Shown here: positions 56,269 to 64,000 of the stretch, piece by piece
How positions within the stretch are numbered: position 1 is the stretch's first letter
Layout: each line of letters starts with the position of its first letter
NCBI GenBank assembly: GCA_964016885.1
Contig: OZ024765.1
Coordinates: 23,735,551 to 23,799,550 of the forward strand
DNA length: 64,000 bases
Direction of reading: 5' to 3'
DNA from: Eledone cirrhosa
Taxonomy: Eukaryota
Program-made: the position numbers and the translations under genes
Notes under the pieces: generated by a model
Seen by the model: the letters and a program-made list of their open reading frames with translations, nothing else
What the model was told of the DNA's origin: nothing
Databases searched by the model: none

Positions 56269-56827
56269 TATAAACAACTATTTTATGGAGAGTTAGTTAA
56301 AGGAAAACAACCTCCACATAAACCAAAAAAGAGGTATAAGGATTCGTTGAAAGCCCCTTTGAAATACGCTAACATCTCTGCTGATACATGGGAAAATGTT
56401 GCTGGTGATCGTAATAAATGGGGAAAGTTGCCTTTGAGGCATCTCGACTCGCATACAAGAAAGTAAAGAGGGATGTGAGGAAGGGCATTGCTGTTGCACT
56501 TCCAGACGGAGATGGTCCCCCTATGGTGCTGACATGCAGCGTCTGTGCGAGACTCTGCCTAAGCAAAGCTGGACTCGAAAGTCATCTTCGCAGTCATAAA
56601 GTGAGACCAGTGGTTGACTACCAGGCTGCTGTTGGAGATGCTACTCATCATGCCTGCCAAACATGTTTTAGAGAATGTAAATCAACAGGAGGGCTCAAGC
56701 GACATGCAAAAGTACATCAAATCCAACCACAGCCGACTATTCTCAGTGAATGTTTTGGTTGCCGACTAAGTGCAAGACATTTTCATTGGCTGGGCTAAAA
56801 AGCCACATTCGATCGCAGCGCTGTTAA
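56269..56827 (+). mobile_element. RTE (BovB-like) LINE ORF C-terminus, frameshifted, with three C2H2-type fingers
   Basis: KQLFYGELVKGKQPPHKPKKRYKDSLK..TWENVAGDRNKW, then CSVC..GLESHLRSH, CQTC..GLKRHAKVH and frameshifted CFGC..KCKT..AGLKSHIRSQ; stop at 56825-56827. Confidence 0.85.
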
Positions 56828-56960
56828 TTGCTATCGTGTGTGTGTGTAGATATGTTTGTGTGTGTGTGTATATATATATATATATACGTGTGTTTAATGG
56901 TAGCTATGGTGCTTCCATAGGCGGTATGCCAAAATTAGCACTCAATGTTCTTACAGAGCT

Positions 56961-57313
56961 AGTGTGAATAGTATAAAAAAACGAAAAATCAGTGATGTAT
57001 CTAGACTCTGTTTATAGCGTGTTTCAATTGATTCACCGACAGGTAGCTCGAGACATGATCATTGTATGGATCTGGCTGATTCTACGGCTGCAGGTTCTTC
57101 GGACACATGGACATCTTTCGGAGAATATTTTCTCACTGGGGTGTAATCATCAAAAAACATCTTCCACTCTTGTGTTGCCATTGTCTGTTGTTTTTCTACG
57201 TCATCATAAATTCTGGTCAGTATTTACTGCTACACAGGTCAGCAGCCATTCTCCGTCTGACACACTTCACTGGAGCCATGCTGTGTTTGGTATCTCACAC
57301 GTCTGTTCACACT
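56961..57313. repeat. Dispersed repeat copy A (possibly Penelope-like LTR remnant)
   Basis: Colinear with 63296-63662 (shared AAAACGAAAAATCAGTGATG, GTAGCTCGAG, GGCTGATTCTAC, CACTGGGGTG, TTCTGGTCAGTAT). Both copies are followed by CA-rich tracts. The family assignment is tentative. Confidence 0.8.
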
Positions 57314-57319
57314 CGCGAG

Positions 57320-58070
57320 CATGTACACACACATATACACACACACGCAGGCACATACACCTGCATGCATACACACATGTACGCACAGATGTGAAGGCAC
57401 ACACATCCCCGTACACATATATACGCACACACACACTCTCCCTCTCTTACACATACCCAAGCACACCCACACCCAAAACTATACCACCACAGGTCTACTG
57501 GCGCCTGCCTCCATGGCCCTCACATCCTGACTCACATGCATGCACAAGCGCATACAAGGACACACGTACACGCATACAAGGACACATATCGGCGTTCGGG
57601 CACATCTGCACATATATACACAAGCACTCACAGACACATACATGGACACACATACGCACATACATGCATATTCTTATGGCTAGGCAACAAAGACAGACAC
57701 ACTTCTAAAGATATAAGTACAGATACACACACAGAGATACAGACCTGTACACATATCTACACACAGGTACATGTACCCGCATATAAACATATAAACAAAC
57801 CCTGTCCTATGCGGGTGTACGTACGCACACACATACACACTGACATAGATACATCATGTATATATGTGTGTGTGTGTACACACACACACATATAAACATA
57901 TACATACATATACACATACACATACATACTTATAGAGACATGTCTATATGTGTACACATACGCACACACCCACAACCACACGCTCATACGCACACACATA
58001 TACCTACGCATATACCTATATGCATATATATATACACACAAACGTATATACACACACATACATATATATA
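57320..58070. repeat. Degenerate (CA)/(TA)-rich low-complexity tract
   Basis: Dense ACAC/ATAC/ATAT runs; source of the spurious H/T/Y-rich ORFs. Confidence 0.9.
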
Positions 58071-58092
58071 TTATTATTGTTGTTGTTGTCAT

Positions 58093-58285
58093 TATGGTGG
58101 ATTGGCAGTATCGGTAGAGGGTCGGACGCCATGCTTTGACGCATAGAGTTACGACCCTTGCTATTCTGAGTTCAAATCCCGCCGAGGTTAACTTTGCCTT
58201 TCATCCTTACGGGGTTGATAAAATAAAGTACCAGTAATGCACTGGGATAATTGCTGGCCTTGTGCCAAAAGTAGAAACACTTATT
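58093..58285 (+). mobile_element. tRNA-derived SINE, full length
   Basis: A-box-like TGGCAGTATCGG, B-box GAGTTCAAATCC, central GCCTTTCATCCTTACGGGGTTGATAAAATAAAGTACCAG, and a TTA tail. TTATTATTGTTGTT occurs on both sides (58071 and 58281). Confidence 0.88.
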
Positions 58286-58339
58286 ATTGTTGTTTTCTTC
58301 TCGTGCAATGGCCATACTCGATAACGAGGGGGCAGCTAT

Positions 58340-58690
58340 CATATATAGGTGTGTATGTGTGTTTACACGTATGTATGGTGTGTATATATGTACATAGGGT
58401 TTTGGTATATGTACGTTTGGTGAACATATGTGTATTTACCTGTATGTATGTGTGAGTGTGCGTTCTATACGCCTTTATGCGTGTATATTTATATATGTAT
58501 ATATAATTATATGTATATACACACATATTTATATGTGTATTTGGTGTATATGTCCGTACGTGTGCGGGTATATGTGTCGCCCCGGTTTACGTCTGTGTGT
58601 GCGTCTTTATGTGTACGTGCATGTATATGCATGCATGCCGTGAGTTTTCGCATATGCTCGTGTATAAATGTGTGTATGTATATATTTAAT
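58340..58690. repeat. Degenerate (TG)/(TA)-rich low-complexity tract
   Basis: Dense GTGT/GTAT/ATAT runs. Confidence 0.88.
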
Positions 58691-59189
58691 TATTATTACT
58701 TTTATTATTTTAATAACCTCTGTCATTTTCGTTCAACTAATTTATTTACATTATTCTGAACTCCGAAGCCGAGAATCATTCAGTTTCCTAAATAGTATAT
58801 TAGTCTACGACTCCATTTATACCATAAACGTGGTTTTGTCTTTACGTGTAATTGTTGTCACCGCTCCACATAACGACGTACTATCTTCGCTTTGTTCCAT
58901 TCATTGCCAGAGAACGTCTTCACGAACCAAAGTATCGTCTTCCTGTTTTCCTTCAGTAGCAACGTTTTTCGAAATATTAACTTCTGCGTTCACAGATTGA
59001 TTTTTTTTTAGTTTCAGAAGATCCCGTTAAGGGTGAAAGCAGCGATTCATTGTGTATGTAGGGTGGGGATTGGAGCGATAGGTCAGCGGGGTTACTTCGC
59101 TGGTAAGGGGGTGGAGTGTTAAGATGTGGAGAGGAGGAAAATTGAAGCATACTTCAAACCACTAAATGTTGCTTCAACCCGTGCACATT

Positions 59190-59886
59190 GGAATGCAGGT
59201 CTCCTGTAGTACTGTATAACGCCAGAGATTTCGATCCTGTGTCATCACCTTTGAGAGGTACAATGGTGTCAGGTCAGTTTTTACCTCCTCATCCAAAGCT
59301 TTCCTAGGTCTTCCTCTTCCATCAATTTCAAGCGGTCAACCTTTTATACAGCATCTCTACCTTCATACACATCACATGTCCATACCACAGCAATCTCCTC
59401 TCCTGCATACTCTATCTTATCCCTCCCATGCCCAGGTTCTCTATCTGTTTATTTACACTTGTTCTTCATGTATATTAATATTACACATCCATCGGAGAAT
59501 TCAAGCTTCATTTCTATCCAATCTTCGCAGATCCACTGCACACACCGCCCACATCTCACTGCAATGCAGCATTGCTGTTCATATGCTGACCTCAATTTGG
59601 TAAAACAACCCTTTGTAGCTAGCAGCAGTAGTAGCACCCTAAACCTTTGCCATCTTGTTCTTACTCTGGTTACTGTACTTTCAGAACACCTACCTCCACT
59701 GCTAATTTGGTCCCCCAGGTAACAGAAACTGTCAACTGCTTCTACAGAATCCTTTAAATATTTGATAGAGCTTGTCTCCAAAAGTGATTGCGTCTCACTG
59801 CTCCAGTGCAGTGACCCCTTGTAAAACCTACGTTCTTAGCTAACTTACCGTGTATCCCACTAAATCTCTTGTGTACCCATAGTCTC
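59190..59886 (-). mobile_element. Degenerate RTE LINE fragment (RT C-terminal part to 3' end); closest local relative of the satellite
   Basis: ORF 59449-59781 reads VEAVDSFCYLGDQISSGGRCSESTVTRVRTRWQRFRVLLLLLATKG. Upstream it reads LWVHKRFSGIHGKL; downstream EIDGRGRPRKALDEEVKTDLTPLYLSKVMTQDRNLWRYTVLQET. It may continue past the SINE to about 60135. Confidence 0.92.
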
Positions 59887-59901
59887 TTTAGTGTAAATAA
59901 T

Positions 59902-60080
59902 TGTTTCTACTTTTGGCACAATGCCAGCAATTATCTCAGTGTACCACTGGTACTTTATTTAATCGACCCCGTAAGGCAAAGTTAACCTCGGCGGGATTTG
60001 AACTCAGACCATAAAGGGCCGTAACTCTTTGCTGCAAAGCATGGCGTCCGACCCTCTACTGATACTCCCAATCCGCTGCC
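59902..60080 (-). mobile_element. tRNA-derived SINE (same family as 58093-58285) with a 15-bp TSD
   Basis: Reverse complement matches the + copy, with B-box GAGTTCAAATCC. TSD is TTTAGTGTAAATAAT (59887-59901) / TTTAGTGTATATAAT (60081-60095). Confidence 0.9.
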
Positions 60081-60340
60081 TTTAGTGTATATAATGTTTC
60101 ATACACATAACATGTATATGTGACCATTGGTTTCCAAGTCCACTTATGGCCACCACTGTTTATTGGGGGGGGGGGGGCTTACAAACAGATCCTTCATTAG
60201 GCATGCTGACAAATATATTAAAAGTTCTTTCCTCCAACAATCTTCACCCCAAACATAGGAGAGTTTCATTTTGTCAAAAAGGGAGGTAAATTCTTCGTAG
60301 TGAAATTGTCAGGCTTAATAATATATGTAATTAGACACAC

Positions 60341-60975
60341 ATAGAAGTGGCTGATAGCTTTTACAATCTAGGTGACTTAATTAGAAGTGGAGGGGGCTGC
60401 TCTGAAAGATGAATAGCTAGAATAAGGATAGGATGGAAAAAGTTTAGAGAGCTACTGCAACAGTTGACCATAAAAGGTTCCTCTCTCTGTACAAAAGGAC
60501 AACTGTATGACACATGTGGGTGATGTGCAATGATGCATGGTAACGAAACAAGGGCTGTGACTGCAGGGGATATGTAGACTGGAGAGAAATGAAACAACCA
60601 TTCTTTGTAGGATATGTTGTGTAAGTGTGAGAGGAAGGCAGAGCTTGGACAAGTTCAAGAAGAAGCTGGGTTTAAGAGTGATCTGAAGTGGTGTGTAAGA
60701 GAGAAGACTGCGTTTGTACAGACATGTGATGCCCATGGATAATGACCACTGGGTGATGAAGTGCCAGGAAATCCCAAGTAGAAGGAAGCCATGGTAGAGG
60801 TAGACCAAGCAAGACCTGGACAGAGGCTGTGTGAATTGACTTCAAATAATTGACTCTAACAGGACATGTAAAAGGAACACGACGAGTTGAAAGATGCCAT
60901 GTTAAGAAGGACCTGTCCAACCAAGCAAGCATGGAAAAACCGACATAAAAACAGTTATGATGTTGATGAAGATGA
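60341..60975 (+). mobile_element. 5'-truncated, degenerate RTE LINE fragment
   Basis: IEVADSFYNLGDLIRSGGGCSER*IARIRIGWKKFRELL..KGQLYDTC..MHGNETRAV..ERRLRLYRHV..VEGSHGRGRPSKTWTEAV, with a (GAT)n-like tail. Confidence 0.92.
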
Positions 60976-61187
60976 CGTACATATACAAACATACATAATC
61001 AAATAAATCAAATACAGATATGCACATACTTATATACAAACACGGATAAACATATACATGGACAGAAATTTCTACACACATACATATAGCGTATGTCAAT
61101 TCTGAACGATACAGTTTTGTCAGCACAAGTCTTGGTTACAACTTCTACAAATAAAATCAAAGGAGAAGTATTTCTTAGCAAAACAGT

Positions 61188-61193
61188 TTTATT
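61188..61193 (-). promoter_or_regulatory. Candidate polyadenylation signal (AATAAA) of the zinc-finger gene
   Basis: TTTATT on + just past the decayed fingers, followed on the minus strand by a T-rich stretch. Confidence 0.4.
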
Positions 61194-61261
61194 CAAAATA
61201 TTAACAACATTGGTGGCACTATCTTAGGTGAGTGACATGGTTTTTATCTTGTCTGATTATG

Positions 61262-61530
61262 TTGCATTAAGTAATCTTTACAAGGGAATGATTTATCACA
61301 GACACCACAGTGATATAGTTCTTCTCCTGTATATGTTATTGTGTAGTGAAGCCACAACATTTAGAGAATGATTTATCACAGACATCACAGTGATATAGTT
61401 CCTCTCCTGTATATGTTAGTGTCTACTGAAGCCACAACATTTAGAGAAGGATCTATCACAGACATCACAGTGATATGGTTCCTCTCCTGTATGTTAGTGT
61501 CTAGTGAAATCAAAATTAGAAAATGATTTA
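61262..61530 (-). pseudogene. Decayed C2H2 finger repeats (3-4 units)
   Basis: Minus strand repeats ACAGGAGAGGAAC..TATCACTGTGATGTCTGTGATAAATCATTCTCT (TGEE.YHCDVCDKSFS) with stops and frameshifts. Confidence 0.85.
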
Positions 61531-61673
61531 CATGGGCGGAGGTGGTGAGAGCAGACCTTTGAAGCTCACGGTGGAGATGACGAAGGACCGTGACAAGTGG
61601 AGAGATGCTGTGCTGAATAGGAACCATTCCACCCTTGCAAGCAGAGAAAAGCGGACGTAAAATGATGATGATG
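61531..61673 (+). mobile_element. Short RTE LINE 3' end inserted antisense into the decayed fingers
   Basis: WAEVVRADL..LTVEMTKDRDKWRDAVLNR, then CGGACGTAAA plus an (ATG)n tail, like 54740-55194. Confidence 0.88.
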
Positions 61674-61675
61674 GT

Positions 61676-61896
61676 GATATGATTTGCCTCATCTATGCAT
61701 ATATTTAGTTAAATTGCTGCATTAAAAGAAATATTTTCCAAACATATCAAAGTGATATGGCTCCCCACCTGTATATGTTTGTGTGGAGTTAATATAGCAT
61801 TGAAAGAGAATGATTTACCATAGATATTACACTGATATATATTTGTATTCTCATTAATTCACAATTTTGTGAGGATTTATCACTGATGTAAATGCG
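61676..61896 (-). pseudogene. Decayed C2H2 finger repeats immediately after the stop codon (about 3 units)
   Basis: Remnants YQCNIYGKSFSFNAILTPHKHI and GGEPYHFDMFGKYF, with frameshifts. Confidence 0.8.
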
Positions 61897-62580
61897 TTAT
61901 GATTTCTCCTCTGCATGTATAAGTTTGTGAGTAGTTAGGCTACTTTTCCCAGAGAATGATATACCACAGATATCACAGTGATATGGCATGTCTCCTGTAT
62001 GGATACGATTGTGTCTAGTTAAGTGACTACTTCGAGAGAATGATTTACCACAGATATCACAGTGATACGGCTTGTCTCCTGTATGGGTACGATTGTGGCT
62101 AGTTAAGGCATTACTTTGAGAGTATGATTTACCACAGATATCACAGTCATATGGCTTGTCTCCTGTATGTATACGTTTGTGGCTAGTTAAGGTGCTATTT
62201 ATAGAGAATGATTTGCCACAAATATTACAGTGATATGGTTTCTCTCCTGTATGTATACGTTTATGGTTAGTTAAGGCACTACATTGTGAGAATGATATCC
62301 CACAGAACTCACAATGATATGGCTTATCTCCTGTATGTATACCTTTGTGACTAGCTAAGGTACTACTGTGAGAGAATGATTTACTACAGATATCACAATG
62401 ATATGGCCCATCTCCTGTATATATAACTTTGTGAGTAGTTAAGATACTACATTTATTGAATGATTTACCACAGATATTGCAGTGATATGGCTTCTCTTCA
62501 ACCTTTGTCATCTCACCAGGAATACTTAACATTTTCGATTGTGTTTCGCATTTAACCTTTTCAATGAATTTATTTTTCAT
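61897..62580 (-). CDS. Tandem C2H2 zinc-finger protein, 227 aa, 7 fingers, no recognisable effector domain
   Basis: Seven YxCxxCxxSF/Y...HxxxH repeats with TGDKP/TGEKP-type linkers; finger 1 has Tyr in place of the last His. In-frame stops lie about 22 codons upstream of the ATG. Confidence 0.92.
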   Translation of the reverse strand: MKNKFIEKVKCETQSKMLSIPGEMTKVEEKPYHCNICGKSFNKCSILTTHKVIYTGDGPYHCDICSKSFSHSSTLASHKGIHTGDKPYHCEFCGISFSQCSALTNHKRIHTGEKPYHCNICGKSFSINSTLTSHKRIHTGDKPYDCDICGKSYSQSNALTSHNRTHTGDKPYHCDICGKSFSRSSHLTRHNRIHTGDMPYHCDICGISFSGKSSLTTHKLIHAEEKS

Positions 62581-62928
62581 AATAAATTTTTCTTCAACAG
62601 AATATACAAATGTTTTTCTTGTAATATTTTTTATATTATATTCCTAAAAATATATCTTCTATATTTCCCTCAACTGTGATTTCAGTTAATATCTGAAGAT
62701 AATACAAACTTATGCTTCATCCAAGTTTAGTTAAAATACAAAATCATCTGATAGTGAAAAAAATTAAACTCGGTTTTGAGGAAATATTTCACAGTAATTT
62801 CACGACAGATTTATATAAACAGTGTTATATAAGTTCTATTTAAAAAAATTTAGTCTTCAAATGATGATAAACACAGTTGGTGTATTCGAGATTGAAAATA
62901 ATAATTTATCCCACTGTCATCTGGTATT

Positions 62929-62948
62929 CTGAAATAAGAAAGAAACAG
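62929..62948 (-). promoter_or_regulatory. Candidate 3' splice acceptor for the zinc-finger coding exon
   Basis: Minus strand CTGTTTCTTTCTTATTTCAG|AATACCAG is a polypyrimidine tract plus CAG about 350 nt upstream of the ATG. Confidence 0.55.
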
Positions 62949-63295
62949 TATGAGATAATAGAGAATACTTAAAAAGCAGAGATAGATTTAACAGTGGGAA
63001 TTTTATATTTCTATATTGATAAACTGTAGATATAAATTTTCCTGTCCAGAGTAATTCTCTCCAATGTAAACAGTGGTATTCCCGCATGCTATATACATGT
63101 TATCCTTCTATCTCTAGAGAGGTCTGCTCTATGGCAGTTTAGTGAAAAATTCATTCTGATAGGACTTTCTAACATAGCAATCATCTCCTCTCCTGATGAC
63201 ATGTCAACACCTGTTTAACTTCCATCTTTTTATTAGAAGGAGTCAATTGTTCCTCTATATCTTTTTCTTACTTCTTTTCTATCCTAGAAAAGTAG

Positions 63296-63662
63296 AGTGT
63301 AGATATTATAAAGAAAACGAAAAATCAGTGATGCATCTGGACTTAGTTTATTTCGTGTTACAAATGTTTGGCCGGCATGTAGCTCGAGTCATGATCCTTG
63401 TATGGATTTGGCTGATTCTACTTCTGCGGGTTCTTTCAGACACGGGTGTTATGTCCGGAGCAAATTTTATCACTGGGGTGTTATCATCAAAACAACACCC
63501 TCAAAAAACCCTAATTCCACTCCTGTCATGCCAATGGCTGTTTTTACTCCACATCATCACAAGTTCTGGTCAGTATCTGCTGCCACACGGTTCATCAACC
63601 ATTTTCCGTCCGACACATTTGGAGTCATGCTGGGTTTAGTACCTCACGCGTCTGCTCACACT
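63296..63662. repeat. Dispersed repeat copy B (possibly Penelope-like LTR remnant)
   Basis: Colinear with 56961-57313 and followed by a CA-rich tract to the window end. Confidence 0.8.
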
Positions 63663-64000
63663 TCAGATTAAGCACCCACACGTACTAGAATACACACATA
63701 ACAACACACAAACATGCAGACACATACCTATCTATGCATACACACTCGTACGCCTACATGTGCAGACACCCCCACCCTCACTTACATACCTCACAGTATA
63801 TATACTCACACACCCTCTCTCCCGCACTTCCACGGACCCAGTCACACCCACTTGTTGATACATATCGGCACAAGCCTTCTGACGGTTGTTTACGTCGCGC
63901 TCTGTATCACTTAGGAAAAGCATATCCTACTCAAACGTACACATATATACATACGCGCGCACATACACATTCGCGCAACCTTCTATACACTTATATATAT

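Noticed and set aside
58093-58190. tRNA gene
   Set aside because: A- and B-boxes are present but there is no cloverleaf. It continues into a SINE body and tail, and a second copy has a TSD.
56992-58759. His/Thr/Tyr- and Val/Cys-rich ORFs, including the 238-aa one
   Set aside because: These are translations of CA/TG microsatellite tracts and a dispersed repeat, with no domain signal.
60165-60177. G13 homopolymer / G-quadruplex
   Set aside because: An isolated run with no supporting context.
61897-62580. The zinc-finger protein binds the adjacent satellite/LINE
   Set aside because: Only finger 6 (RSSHLTR, GGG-like) gives a readable code, and neighbouring fingers do not clearly fit CTGGGATG. 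Proximity alone is not evidence.
63196-63671. ORFs similar to 56992-57708, suggesting a paralogous gene pair
   Set aside because: The similarity switches frames between copies, indicating nucleotide-level repeat homology rather than conserved coding.

Overview
Eukaryotic, gene-poor window, most likely a coleoid cephalopod (Octopus-like, judged from the C2H2 zinc-finger style and the SINE/RTE families; inference). Bases 1-52286 are a tandem satellite of ~800 copies of a 61-bp purine-rich monomer, punctuated 25 times by a near-identical ~126-bp spacer that defines variable-length higher-order repeats. The main result is that the monomer appears to be a piece of an RTE-clade LINE ORF 3' end (IDGS..GRP / RKTWDEVIKADL). 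The array runs directly into the unamplified rest of that LINE at 52287, and a related LINE copy lies 7 kb away on the minus strand. The last 12 kb contain several RTE fragments, tRNA-derived SINEs, a 49-bp minisatellite, a Tigger-like end, a 279-bp duplication, two copies of a possibly Penelope-like repeat, and one intact 7-finger C2H2 gene (61897-62580, minus) trailed by decayed fingers. All alignments and counts were done by eye; repeat family names come from motif recognition, not database searches.
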